DNA of 39,728 nucleotides from a candidate division WOR-3 bacterium (lineage in GTDB: Bacteria > Hydrothermota > Tepidihabitantia > SM23-42 > CAYGYG01): the NCBI GenBank assembly GCA_965648915.1, contig CBFGIV010000019.1, positions 1 through 39,728 on the forward strand, in the 5' to 3' direction. The position numbers were made by a program, and so were the translations under genes. The notes under the pieces are model-generated. The model searched no databases. It worked only from the letters and a program-made list of their open reading frames with translations, and was not told the DNA's origin. Positions 10,256 through 20,234 of this stretch are shown here, in pieces; the first letter of the stretch is position 1; every line of letters starts with the position of its first letter.

Positions 10256-11502
10256 TGCGTATAAATCAATTAAAAGAACTCAGAGGGGCCAGTCTCATCT
10301 TCCTTCTGGCCGTAGCCTTTGCCGGGCTGGTCAATATCTATCTCCTTGTCCAGCTCCGCCAGACCCAGACCTTAAACTTTTACAACCAGGTCTCAATCCT
10401 TGCCAATCTGATTAACAACTTGGATGCAAATGAAGAAAACTTCCATCTGCTGGCCCGGGGTTTTGGCCTCGAGCGCCTGGTGATAACCGACTCTCTCGGT
10501 AATTTTATCTACGATACATTTCGCCAGCAGGGGATCTTCTCGGAGATCTATAATATTGACCGAACGCGCTTAAAGAATGGTGAATTAATCAGACAGGGGA
10601 ATGGTTTTGTAAGTTTAATCTATGACCGTACTGGAAATACCAAATATGCCTTCATCTATCCAGATTTAACCCTCTATAAGAGCATTGATCGCGTTGCCCG
10701 TTGGCAACTGATCTATTTTACAATTTCCTTGATCTTCATTGCCGTCATCGGTTTCATCCTTATCCTGAGAGTGTTAAGGCCAATACACTCGGTTATGGAT
10801 CGGATAACCAACCTGGGGATAACGGTCAAGGAAGATGACTTTCTGCGCCAGTCGTTCGACGAGATGTTCACCCGCCTCAAGAAGAAGGAGGAAGAGATCC
10901 AGCGCCTTGCTTCACTCATTGCCCATGAGTTTCGAAATTCTCTGGCGACAATCACGGGTATAGTTCGTGCCCGACCGATAAAGAGAAATCGGATTGCCCT
11001 GATTGAAAAAGAATGCCGGGAGATGGAGTATCTGATAAAGCATATAATCGATTTTACCCGTCCCCTCAAGCTCTCGACCTCTTCTATCAATATCAATAAT
11101 TTGATCGAGGACCTCATCGCTGATTTTCGGTTACCCGAGCGAGTAAAATTCCGTAAAAGTCTTAACCCTGACCTTAAGGAGACCAAAGGGGATTGGGAAT
11201 TTCTCACCCGCGCCCTGGCCAATATTATTAAAAATGCCATCGAGGCCAGACCCAGAGAGTATATAACAATCACTACCCGCAATCAGAATCGCTTTGTGGT
11301 TATTGAAATCAACGATGATGGTGTCGGCATCCCCGCCGATAAATTGAAAAATGTCGGTGAGCCTTTCTTTAGTTCAAAAGAGAGGGGGATCGGCCTGGGC
11401 CTGGCATTTGTCCAGAAGATTGTAAATCTCCATAATGGCCAGTTCGAAATTGAAAGTCAGGAAGGGATTGGCACAACCGTAAGAATAAGACTGCCTTTAT
11501 AA
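10252..11502 (+). CDS. Membrane sensor histidine kinase
   Basis: Two TM segments; H-box AHEFRNSL, N-box NIIKNAIEA, G1 DDGVGI, F-box EPFFS, G2 GIGLGL; GTGATG overlap with the upstream stop. Confidence 0.9.
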   Translation: MMRINQLKELRGASLIFLLAVAFAGLVNIYLLVQLRQTQTLNFYNQVSILANLINNLDANEENFHLLARGFGLERLVITDSLGNFIYDTFRQQGIFSEIYNIDRTRLKNGELIRQGNGFVSLIYDRTGNTKYAFIYPDLTLYKSIDRVARWQLIYFTISLIFIAVIGFILILRVLRPIHSVMDRITNLGITVKEDDFLRQSFDEMFTRLKKKEEEIQRLASLIAHEFRNSLATITGIVRARPIKRNRIALIEKECREMEYLIKHIIDFTRPLKLSTSSININNLIEDLIADFRLPERVKFRKSLNPDLKETKGDWEFLTRALANIIKNAIEARPREYITITTRNQNRFVVIEINDDGVGIPADKLKNVGEPFFSSKERGIGLGLAFVQKIVNLHNGQFEIESQEGIGTTVRIRLPL

Positions 11503-11514
11503 ATTATCGCCTCC

Positions 11515-12618
11515 TTGGCTATGGACTTTGACCGGATAAAAAGTTCTAATTCGAGCGGTTATATAATTCAACTCTTTACCAATGCTGCCCTCGTTTCAAC
11601 TTCGATCTTCGTTCCCCTTATGGCTGAGGGGTTCACCAGCAATAGATTCATAATCGGTCTGGTTGTTAGCAGTTATAACGGTGCCATCTTTCTCTCCTCA
11701 ACATTATTCGGCCGCCTCTCCGATATCCGGGGGAGAAAGTATTTTGTCAATATCGGCCTGGCCCTCTGCGCCCCGACCTTTATTCTCCATCTTTTCATTA
11801 AAGGATTAAGATCACTATTTTTGATCAGAATCCTTGCCGGTTTTACTGCCGGTATGTATCCTGCGGCCCTGACCACACTGGTCTTTGAATCAAATTATCT
11901 CTTCGGTCTTTTTACTGCCGCCGGGTCACTGGGCTGGGGGCTCGGTTCATTTGTTTCAGGTCTGATCGGCCAGTATCAGATCCTCTTCCTTCAATCCGCA
12001 CTACTATTTGCCATTGCCTTCGCTTTTTCATTAAAGATGGTTGAAAATGAAGAGCGGAGATTAAATCCCCCACCCATCTTCCCGGTCAAGATTATCAGGA
12101 AGAATCTTAAAATCTATCTTGCCTTCTTTTTGCGGCACGCCGGGGCAATGGGGATCTGGGCAATATATCCCCTCTTCCTATCTAAACTCGGCGCAGATAA
12201 ATTCTGGATCGGTCTGATCTATACGATAAACCCGGTCAGTCAGTTCTTCTTTATGCTCATCTTTGATAAACATAAATCGACCGGGCTTGTTCCGACCGGC
12301 CTGCTCTTTTCGGCATTCACTTTCTTCCTCTTCGGCATTGTCCGGGACTATAAGACATTTGCAATAATTCAACTGGTCCTGGCCCTGTCCTGGGCAACAC
12401 TCTACCTTGGTTCGTTAAAATACCTCTTAGAGAGAAATGTTGAACGGGCAACTGCGGTCGGCATCTTTAATTCAGTTAGCGGGCTCTGCGGTATCATCGG
12501 CCCCATCCTCGGTGGTTTTTTGAGTTTATTCAACTTTGAGACCCTTATGTTCACCGCCAGCCTTTTGTCGATCACCGGTTGGGTTATCTTCAAATTCCTT
12601 CATCAAACTCCCTCATAA
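11515..12618 (+). CDS. MFS transporter
   Basis: About 12 hydrophobic segments; motif A GRLSDIRGRK; start may be ATG 11521. Confidence 0.88.
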   Translation: MAMDFDRIKSSNSSGYIIQLFTNAALVSTSIFVPLMAEGFTSNRFIIGLVVSSYNGAIFLSSTLFGRLSDIRGRKYFVNIGLALCAPTFILHLFIKGLRSLFLIRILAGFTAGMYPAALTTLVFESNYLFGLFTAAGSLGWGLGSFVSGLIGQYQILFLQSALLFAIAFAFSLKMVENEERRLNPPPIFPVKIIRKNLKIYLAFFLRHAGAMGIWAIYPLFLSKLGADKFWIGLIYTINPVSQFFFMLIFDKHKSTGLVPTGLLFSAFTFFLFGIVRDYKTFAIIQLVLALSWATLYLGSLKYLLERNVERATAVGIFNSVSGLCGIIGPILGGFLSLFNFETLMFTASLLSITGWVIFKFLHQTPS

Positions 12619-12640
12619 AAGAGTCACTCTTGAAAAATTA

Positions 12641-12691
12641 TTGGTCTATTTGGTTTATTTGGTCTATCTGGTCTGTTTGGTCTATCTGGTT
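12641..12691. repeat. 9-bp tandem repeat (consensus YTGGTCTAT), about 5.7 copies
   Basis: ttggtctat ttggtttat ttggtctat ctggtctgt ttggtctat ctggtt. Confidence 0.9.
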
Positions 12692-12843
12692 AAATAAAAA
12701 TGACTGAGAAGGGGGCAGTCATATAGCAATTGAGACTTATTAAATATAAAAGCCAAACTGCAGTATCAAAGAAGAGGTCGAATCCGCACTGACTGATCTC
12801 TATAATGGCTAAAAACAATGACTGTGGCCATTTGCAACTACCA

Positions 12844-12871
12844 TTGACACAGGTTAATTTTTGGCTATAAT
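12844..12871 (+). promoter_or_regulatory. Consensus sigma70-like leaderless promoter of gyrA
   Basis: TTGACA-N16-TATAAT, 5 nt before ATG 12877; no SD. Confidence 0.78.
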
Positions 12872-12876
12872 TAAGT

Positions 12877-15297
12877 ATGGCCGAACGTCTTACCCCCGTA
12901 TATATTGAGGACGAAATAAAGAGCTCATATCTGGACTATGCAATGAGTGTTATTGTTGGTCGGGCCCTGCCCGATGTTCGCGATGGATTGAAACCGGTCC
13001 AACGCCGGATCCTCTATGCGATGAAGGAATTAGGGTTATTACCCAACCGACCATTTAAGAAGAGCGCAACGGTCATCGGTGATGTCCTCGGTAAATACCA
13101 TCCCCACGGCGATATGGCAATATACGACGCCCTGACGCGGATGGCACAGGATTTCTCACTCCGCTATCCATTGATTGATGGCCAGGGTAACTTTGGTTCA
13201 ATTGACGGTGATGCGCCTGCGGCTTATCGTTATACTGAAGCCCGCCTGGCCGGTATTGCGATTGAATTACTCAACGATCTTGAAAAAGATACAGTCGATT
13301 TTATACCCAATTATGATGGCCGACTTAAAGAGCCTTCAGTCCTTCCTGCTGCCCTGCCCCACCTCTTAGCCAACGGTTCCTCCGGTATCGCAGTCGGGAT
13401 GGCAACCAATATCCCTCCCCATAATATCGGTGAATTGATCGATGGTCTGATTGCGGTAATTGAAAATCCCGAGATCAAGACCAAAGATTTGATGAAATAT
13501 ATCCAGGGTCCGGATTTTCCGACCGGTGGGATCATTATCGGCCGTGATGGAATCAGAGAAAGTTATGAGACCGGTCGGGGTAAGGTCATAATCCGGGGCA
13601 AGGTCGGCTTCGAAGAGAAGAAAGGCGGTAAGGAACAGATCATCATTGGAGAAATACCTTACCAGATCAATAAGACGGCCCTGATTGAAAGGATCGCCAA
13701 TCTGGTTAAAGAGAAGAAGATTGAGGATATCTCGGATCTGCGTGACGAGTCTGATAAGGAGGGGATGAGAATTGTCATCGAGTTAAAACGGGATGCCAAC
13801 CGGGAAGTGGTCCTGAATCAACTTTACCAGTATACCCCTCTCCAGTCGACATTTGGTATCATCATCCTCGCCCTGGTTGATAATGTGCCGAAGATCTTAC
13901 CCCTTAAAGAAGCACTCCAGCACTTCATCGATTTTCGCATAGCGGTAATCATCCGCCGCACAAAGTTTGAACTGGCCGAGGCAGAAAAGAAGGCCCATAT
14001 CCTTGAAGGACTGAAGATCGCCATCAGCCACATCGATGCGGTGGTTAATCTGATCAAGACCTCCAAGGATACGGATGAAGCCCGCGTTAAGTTGATGAAG
14101 CGATTTAAATTAACTGAGGTTCAGGCCCAGGCAATCCTCGATATGAAACTGGCCCGGCTCACCGGTCTGGAAAAGGATAAATTAGAAGAAGAGTATCTTG
14201 CTTTGATCAAGGAGATCGAGCGGCTCAAATCGATCCTTGCCTCGAAGGCCGGAGTCATCAGGGTTATCAAGAATGAACTCCTGGAACTTAAGAAGCGCTA
14301 TGGCGATTCCCGGCGGACCCAGATTATCGAGGGCAAGGTTGAAGAACTGACTGTTGAAGATCTGATCGCCCTTGAAGATATGGTGATAACCCGCTCCCAC
14401 CGTGGTTATATCAAGCGTCAGGCAGTATCGATCTATCGTAAACAGACCCGGGGCGGGGTGGGCCGGACAATCACCGATATCGGTGATGAAGATTTTGCCG
14501 AAGAGTTGATCGTCAGTCAGACCCATGACCATCTCCTCTTCTTCACTGACCAGGGCAAGGCCTACTGTATAAAGGTCTATGAGATACCTGAGGCCGGTCC
14601 TCTGGCCCGGGGGCGTTTCATCGCCAATCTCATCGAGCTCCAGAAGGATGAGAAGATCACCGCGGTCCTGCCGGTAAAAGATTTTTCTACCAAGCAATAT
14701 ATCTTTATGTCGACGATGAAGGGAACGGTCAAAAAGGTCCCGCTTGAAGACTTCGCCAATACCCGTCGTAAAGGGATTATCGCCATCAACCTTGAAAAAG
14801 GTGATAGTCTGATAACTGCCGAGTTGACTGATGGCAAGAGCGATATTGTATTGGTCACCCGTCAGGGACTTTCGGTAAAATTCTCTGAAAAGGATGTGCG
14901 CCCGATGGGACGTAACGCCACCGGCGTCATCGGTGTTCGCTTAGAGAAAGACGATTCGGTCTGTGGTAGTTGTCTGGTCAGACCCAAAGAGCAGTTATTG
15001 ATCGTCACCCGTAATGGTTATGGCAAGAGGACTGCCTTTGAAGAGTTCCGCTTCACCAAAAGAGGGGCCAAGGGCGTCATTGCCATTAAACTCGACAAGA
15101 AGACCGGTGAGATTGCCGGTGCAATGAGTGTTGCCGAGACTGATGAGATAATCCTGATGACCAAAGAAGGGAATGCGATAAGGACCCCGGTTGCCCAGAT
15201 CAGAATTCTGGGCCGGCCGGCCAAGGGGGTTCGCGTGATGACCTTAAAAGAGCAGGATCAGGTCGTTGATATTGCTCGGGTTCGCGAGGAGAGTTAA
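12877..15297 (+). CDS. gyrA: DNA gyrase subunit A
   Basis: [31 protein letters not shown], catalytic RYTE, GyrA-box QTRGGVG, C-terminal pinwheel repeats. Confidence 0.97.
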   Translation: MAERLTPVYIEDEIKSSYLDYAMSVIVGRALPDVRDGLKPVQRRILYAMKELGLLPNRPFKKSATVIGDVLGKYHPHGDMAIYDALTRMAQDFSLRYPLIDGQGNFGSIDGDAPAAYRYTEARLAGIAIELLNDLEKDTVDFIPNYDGRLKEPSVLPAALPHLLANGSSGIAVGMATNIPPHNIGELIDGLIAVIENPEIKTKDLMKYIQGPDFPTGGIIIGRDGIRESYETGRGKVIIRGKVGFEEKKGGKEQIIIGEIPYQINKTALIERIANLVKEKKIEDISDLRDESDKEGMRIVIELKRDANREVVLNQLYQYTPLQSTFGIIILALVDNVPKILPLKEALQHFIDFRIAVIIRRTKFELAEAEKKAHILEGLKIAISHIDAVVNLIKTSKDTDEARVKLMKRFKLTEVQAQAILDMKLARLTGLEKDKLEEEYLALIKEIERLKSILASKAGVIRVIKNELLELKKRYGDSRRTQIIEGKVEELTVEDLIALEDMVITRSHRGYIKRQAVSIYRKQTRGGVGRTITDIGDEDFAEELIVSQTHDHLLFFTDQGKAYCIKVYEIPEAGPLARGRFIANLIELQKDEKITAVLPVKDFSTKQYIFMSTMKGTVKKVPLEDFANTRRKGIIAINLEKGDSLITAELTDGKSDIVLVTRQGLSVKFSEKDVRPMGRNATGVIGVRLEKDDSVCGSCLVRPKEQLLIVTRNGYGKRTAFEEFRFTKRGAKGVIAIKLDKKTGEIAGAMSVAETDEIILMTKEGNAIRTPVAQIRILGRPAKGVRVMTLKEQDQVVDIARVREES

Positions 15298-15315
15298 CTG
15301 TCCTTAAAGAAAAAA

Positions 15316-15777
15316 TTGAGAAGAGATTCAGATCGTATCTCCTGGGATAAGTATTTTTTGTCCATTGCTGAACTTATTGCCCGTCGTTCTACCTGTCTGC
15401 GCAGAAAGGTCGGCGCGCTCATCGTCAAAGATAAGCGAATTATAACAACCGGTTACAATGGCGCACCTGCCGGTCTCAAGCACTGTGCCGAGATCGGCTG
15501 TCTGAGAGAGAAATTGAAGATCCCACCCGGTGCCCGGCATGAACTATGCCGGGGGATCCACGCGGAACAGAATGCAATAATCCAGGCGGCAATCTTCGGC
15601 CTCAGTGTTGCGGGCGCAACAATCTATACAACCCATCAACCCTGTTTTATCTGCACCAAGATGATTATCAATGCCAAGATTAGAGAGATTATTACCCGGA
15701 AACCCTATCCTGACCGGTTTGCTGAGGAGATGCTCAAAGAGGCAAAAGTAAAGGTCCGTTTCTTAAAAAGCGATTAA
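15316..15777 (+). CDS. dCMP deaminase (ComEB-like)
   Basis: [22 protein letters not shown] and PCFIC zinc motifs; TTG start. Confidence 0.9.
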   Translation: MRRDSDRISWDKYFLSIAELIARRSTCLRRKVGALIVKDKRIITTGYNGAPAGLKHCAEIGCLREKLKIPPGARHELCRGIHAEQNAIIQAAIFGLSVAGATIYTTHQPCFICTKMIINAKIREIITRKPYPDRFAEEMLKEAKVKVRFLKSD

Positions 15778-15804
15778 AAGATACTTCGGGATTAACAACT
15801 AAAT

Positions 15805-17046
15805 ATGCCACCAATCTGCCGGTCCCGAAACCTCCTCTTTTTGACTGCCTCAAGTCTCGTCTCCCAGTTCGGCGATCGCCTGACCCATATGGTTATCGTC
15901 ACCTTTATCGGTATCTACAGTCCAGGGCAGATCGCTGCCTTTTCTGAATTCTCGTTCTCTTTTACACTCCCGGTCATCATCTTTGCCCCAATTGCCGGTG
16001 TTGTGGTTGATCATCTGAGCCGGCGTGCGGTAATCTGTAATATCCATATCATTCAGGCCTCAATCCTTGCCCTCACCCCTCTCTTTATTCACCTTACCGG
16101 TTCAATGCTTCCCATCTGGTTTGTTGTCTTCCTCTTCTTCGGTCTTGATGTCTTTAACAACAGTGCCCGGGCCGCACTTATCCCCAGCATCGTTCGGCGT
16201 GAGGATATTCTCCAAGCCAATTCGATCTTGATCTTCGGGCTCAGGATAGCAACATTTGGCGGGATGGTCCTGGGTGGGCTCTTGATCGACTGGGTAGGCT
16301 GGCATCTCGGTTTTTATTTAGACGGACTGACCCATCTTTTCGCCGGCATCCTCGTCTTAGGAATGGTAATGAAAGGGATAGAAGAAAAGAGAACTCCACT
16401 CCTCTCCCGGGACTTAACCACTTCATTTAAGCAATTCTACCGTGACTTATGGGAACTGATTCTTCTTCTCGGTCGGGATCGGGTTGTGATATTTGTCATT
16501 ACTTCGGTCTTCGTCTTATACTTTGTTGCCGCCTGTTCCTATACTGTGCTTATCTATATTGTTCAGCAGGCATTAAAACTCGGGACGCGTGGGGTTGGCT
16601 GGCTGGGTGGTGTTATCGGGATCGGACAGGTTCTGGCCGCACTATTATTGGGCGGGCTGGGGAAGAATTTAAATCGCTTCTGGATAATTATTATAAGCAT
16701 CTTTCTACTCGGCCTCTTCTTTATCACCGGGCAATTTTATATCACCACGCTTTTGCTCTTTTCCATCTCATTCACGGCCGGTATCTTCTTCTCCTTCATC
16801 GCCATCTGCCAGGATACAATCCTCCAGGAGGATGTCCCGGCCCAGATCCGGGGAAGAATCTTCTCAACCAAAGAGTTTATTGCCAGTGCTTCTTTCCTGA
16901 CCAGTGCGCTCTTAATCGGGCTCCTCGCCCGCTTCCTCAATTATAGAATTTTACTCTTGCTGATTGGCATAATCCTGCTCTGTTCAGCACTATTTACCCT
17001 CCTTATCCTGCCGGGTCATTACTTAAAGATTACCGGTCCTAAATAA
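15805..17046 (+). CDS. MFS transporter (MFS_3/H+ antiporter-like)
   Basis: SQFGD, AGVVVDHLSRR, LQEDVPAQIRGRIFS; about 12 TM segments. Confidence 0.85.
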   Translation: MPPICRSRNLLFLTASSLVSQFGDRLTHMVIVTFIGIYSPGQIAAFSEFSFSFTLPVIIFAPIAGVVVDHLSRRAVICNIHIIQASILALTPLFIHLTGSMLPIWFVVFLFFGLDVFNNSARAALIPSIVRREDILQANSILIFGLRIATFGGMVLGGLLIDWVGWHLGFYLDGLTHLFAGILVLGMVMKGIEEKRTPLLSRDLTTSFKQFYRDLWELILLLGRDRVVIFVITSVFVLYFVAACSYTVLIYIVQQALKLGTRGVGWLGGVIGIGQVLAALLLGGLGKNLNRFWIIIISIFLLGLFFITGQFYITTLLLFSISFTAGIFFSFIAICQDTILQEDVPAQIRGRIFSTKEFIASASFLTSALLIGLLARFLNYRILLLLIGIILLCSALFTLLILPGHYLKITGPK

Positions 17047-17075
17047 TATGCCCCGCCCTGAGGCGGGGCATATTT
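17045..17075. terminator. Probable bidirectional intrinsic terminator
   Basis: AATATGCCCCGCC-ctga-GGCGGGGCATATT 13-bp stem between convergent genes. Confidence 0.8.
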
Positions 17076-17089
17076 AATTCCTCATCAAA

Positions 17090-19921
17090 TCATCTTGTGA
17101 TGATAACCTTCTCCGTGATCGCACGTTCTTTTGTCGCCACCCGAATAAAATAGACACCATTACTCAGACCCATCGCCGACAGATCAACTACTCCCTTCTC
17201 CGGCACCACCTTTATGCTTCGAACCATTTGACCGGTGACATTATAGATCTCGACCTTAACCCTTTCCCGCGGACTATTATAGAAGTAGATCCGGGTCTGC
17301 TTATTGAAGGGATTGGGTGCGATATTGATCGTAAACGGACGGCTCACAAGATTCATCTCTTCGATCCCGGTTCCACCCCGATCCCACCAGGCCTGGGCAC
17401 TGTCCGAATTGGCATTGAAGGTCGCCTGGGAGGTGCCACCGATTATACCGAAGACACATCTCTGACGGGAACCAGGTGCCAGTGAGAATGGACCGGCCGA
17501 TGCCATCACTGACCAGTCATAGTTACGGTTCGCCGATGCGAGGGTGATATTCCCATTCATAAATTTCCACTGGAGGGTATCGGGCAGTCCACCAAAGGGA
17601 TAGACATAGGTTCCATGGTCGATGACACTCAGGTTCTTGGCTGTCTTCGGTTCAATCAATCTGATACCAACCGTGGTTGCCCAGCTTGACTGTGAGGTCC
17701 GGACATGGACAGTCCTCCGTGCCGCATCAACTGCAGCATAATTACTATTCCCGGCACCAATATCAAAATCTATATAGAGACCGCAGTGGAGGCTGTCGAT
17801 CGTGGTTGTCCCTTCATTGACCAGTTCAAACGAGACGATTACCCAGTCGTCATAACCCGTACTATCAGTACTCAATCCATAACTGTGCTGATTACATCTC
17901 AGCCCCTTGGTCGCAGGATGATTGAGGTCTTTATAACTACCCCGGAACTCCTCCATCGCCCGGGTCGGTGGTGTCACCGTTCTCAGACTGTCAATACATA
18001 CCCAATCGCTGTCGTCTACTGAATTTCCTTCATAGTAAGCATCAACCACATAGGTCTTCGAATTTCCCGCGGCAATCGATCCGAAGTATAATGTATTGGC
18101 ACCGGTCTTGGGGTATTTGAAGCCCCGACCAACCTGTTGATTCGACTTTGTAAAACCGACCGCACCATTGGCACAGACCGAAAGCGAGCAGAGCCCGATT
18201 CCGTGATTGGCAACATAGAAGACCTGCGGTGTTCCGACCATAAGCGTGAAATTACGGGTATAGGTCGTCTCCGCACAGACCAGGGTCAGGCGGAAAGTGG
18301 CAACATAGCCCTGGGGGGTATTTGAAGCGGCAGTTACAACAAAGGGGTCGGCCGTATTGCTGGCTGTGTCACCGGGATTCAAATTCCGGTATGTCCCTAA
18401 GGAGTCATTGATTGTTATATATGGATCATTCTCACCCAATCGACCCCGAACATTGGTTGCGGTTACATTACCGATATTACCGATATAGACATTGAGATTC
18501 GCCGTCTCACCTGGATCGAGCCGGCCATTATTATTACCACCGGTTACCGTATTTCGATCATAGACCAGGACCGGTTTGTTCACCGCCGGTGTCGCCCTTA
18601 ATGCCTTCCAGACATTGAGCCTTCCCCAGCCATAATCGTTATTGGGATAGGTTCCACCCTGGGAAGGACGATCGATATTGTCTAAGAGAAGGTTATATAA
18701 TGCAGTGAAGTCAAGCGTCGGATTTTTCTGCAAGAGGATTCCAATTGCACCGGTAACATGGGGTGAGGCCATTGATGTCCCGCTCATCGTCGTCGTGCCG
18801 CCGGTTCGGGAAAAGGATGTAACATTACTGCCCGGCGCACTCAGGTTTGGCTTTATTCTGTTCCAATCAGCCCTTGGCCAGTAGCGGGTATCGGTCCAGG
18901 GCGACTGGTTCGGGGCCGGGCCACGACTTGAATAACTGGCGATATTATCACTGGCATCAGTTGCTCCAACCCCAAAGACTGTTGGAAAATTACCGGGTGT
19001 CCCTGCAGTCCCACTGCCTGACCCAGCGTTTCCAATGGAAAAGACCGGTATGATACCGAGATTCCTCAGATTGATGCAATCATCCCAGAATTCGAGTGAG
19101 GTCTGAACATCACTACCCCAGGAGTTGCCCACCGCCCTTGCGGATCGACTGCCTAAATTGGCAAACCACTGGAAGCAGGGCCTGAGCGTCATAGAATTTC
19201 CCTGACCCGAGGCATTGAGCCCTTTGGCACAGATAAAGGTTGCACCCTTGGCAACACCATATTCAACACCTGAGTAGGTACCTCCGCAGATCGTGCCCAT
19301 TGTGTGCGTTCCGTGACCATTATCGTCATAAGGAGAAGTCTGGCCGTTCACCCCATCAAACCAGCCATCGATCGAACGCCACCTACCACCAAAACCTGAA
19401 TGGCTGGTATATACGCCGGTATCAATATTTCCCAGAACAATGCCTCGACCGTCAAAACCTGCATTCCAGCAGGAATCGGCGCAGACTTTGGCAATATTCC
19501 AGGCCGGGGTCAATACATCCGGTTCAGGAGTCGAGCGGTCGATCGAAACTGTAATATCTTCAACAACATAATCGACATCAGACCTCTCCGCAAGCACCGG
19601 GATGACACCGGGTCGTGCTCTCAATGTAATAACATTGGAAATCCACCAGGGGTGAATATCCGCTACATTAATCCCTAAGGTATTTAAGAAACCGAGCAGT
19701 GGGGCCTGGGTCCTCTGCGCAAACTCCTTAAGATAAGCAACCTTCTCTTCAGGCGTTGCTGAAGCAGGAAAGACCGTAAGATCAGGTTTCTCTTCGAGAT
19801 GGATATTTATGGTAAGATACTGGGTCGGTTCAATCGTTGTCAACTTCTGTTCTAACGACGGCATAATATAGCCTGCAAAAAGCAGGGTACTGAAAAGCAA
19901 GACAGCAATAAAGACCTTCAT
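17090..19921 (-). CDS. Secreted S8 subtilisin-like serine protease (bacillopeptidase F-like) with T9SS-like C-terminal domain
   Basis: Signal peptide, propeptide, catalytic IDTG / HGTH / GTSMASPH; CTD APNPFN..IYNVTGQMV..GVYFIRV..KVIITR. Confidence 0.92.
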   Translation of the reverse strand: MKVFIAVLLFSTLLFAGYIMPSLEQKLTTIEPTQYLTINIHLEEKPDLTVFPASATPEEKVAYLKEFAQRTQAPLLGFLNTLGINVADIHPWWISNVITLRARPGVIPVLAERSDVDYVVEDITVSIDRSTPEPDVLTPAWNIAKVCADSCWNAGFDGRGIVLGNIDTGVYTSHSGFGGRWRSIDGWFDGVNGQTSPYDDNGHGTHTMGTICGGTYSGVEYGVAKGATFICAKGLNASGQGNSMTLRPCFQWFANLGSRSARAVGNSWGSDVQTSLEFWDDCINLRNLGIIPVFSIGNAGSGSGTAGTPGNFPTVFGVGATDASDNIASYSSRGPAPNQSPWTDTRYWPRADWNRIKPNLSAPGSNVTSFSRTGGTTTMSGTSMASPHVTGAIGILLQKNPTLDFTALYNLLLDNIDRPSQGGTYPNNDYGWGRLNVWKALRATPAVNKPVLVYDRNTVTGGNNNGRLDPGETANLNVYIGNIGNVTATNVRGRLGENDPYITINDSLGTYRNLNPGDTASNTADPFVVTAASNTPQGYVATFRLTLVCAETTYTRNFTLMVGTPQVFYVANHGIGLCSLSVCANGAVGFTKSNQQVGRGFKYPKTGANTLYFGSIAAGNSKTYVVDAYYEGNSVDDSDWVCIDSLRTVTPPTRAMEEFRGSYKDLNHPATKGLRCNQHSYGLSTDSTGYDDWVIVSFELVNEGTTTIDSLHCGLYIDFDIGAGNSNYAAVDAARRTVHVRTSQSSWATTVGIRLIEPKTAKNLSVIDHGTYVYPFGGLPDTLQWKFMNGNITLASANRNYDWSVMASAGPFSLAPGSRQRCVFGIIGGTSQATFNANSDSAQAWWDRGGTGIEEMNLVSRPFTINIAPNPFNKQTRIYFYNSPRERVKVEIYNVTGQMVRSIKVVPEKGVVDLSAMGLSNGVYFIRVATKERAITEKVIITR

Positions 19922-19926
19922 TTTAC

Positions 19927-19959
19927 TTACCTCCTTATCATTAACAGATCCCTTACCAT
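19927..19959 (-). CDS. Putative 10-aa leader peptide MVRDLLMIRR
   Basis: GGAGG SD 5 nt before its ATG; final AGG AGG TAA codons overlap the S8 gene SD. Confidence 0.4.
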   Translation of the reverse strand: MVRDLLMIRR

Positions 19960-19993
19960 TGACTCCTCCTCGGTTTTATAAAAGTGCAGCATA

Positions 19994-20022
19994 AGAATAT
20001 AATAGTTTTTATATTCTGTCAA
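19994..20022 (-). promoter_or_regulatory. sigma70-like promoter of the S8 protease
   Basis: TTGACA-N17-TATTCT. Confidence 0.55.
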
Positions 20023-20031
20023 GAGTAAAAA

Positions 20032-20226
20032 TTATGAAGGATGGAGTAATAATATAAAGAGCAGCAGGAGAAAATTAATGGTGATCCACATAAAGACAAG
20101 CAGCCAAATTGCCCGGACCATCTCTGGAGAATTTTTTGATTTTTTTAAAATAATGTAAGAAGAAAAGACGCCGCTCAATATGAGAATAAAAAAAATGATG
20201 AGTGCACCGGATAAACTGATCCGCAT
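20032..20226 (-). CDS. Small two-TM membrane protein, function unknown
   Basis: Two hydrophobic helices joined by a KKSKN loop; starts 8 nt after the purQ stop. Confidence 0.55.
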   Translation of the reverse strand: MRISLSGALIIFFILILSGVFSSYIILKKSKNSPEMVRAIWLLVFMWITINFLLLLFILLLHPS

Positions 20227-20234
20227 CTATTATG

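Noticed and set aside
12641..12691. Tandem repeat as a CRISPR array
   Set aside because: Units are 9 bp and contiguous with no spacers, and no cas genes are present
15316..15777. dCMP deaminase as an antiphage dCTP deaminase or part of a comE operon
   Set aside because: It is a short stand-alone housekeeping-type enzyme with no kinase domain, follows gyrA, and lies 10 kb from the HhH gene with no comEC
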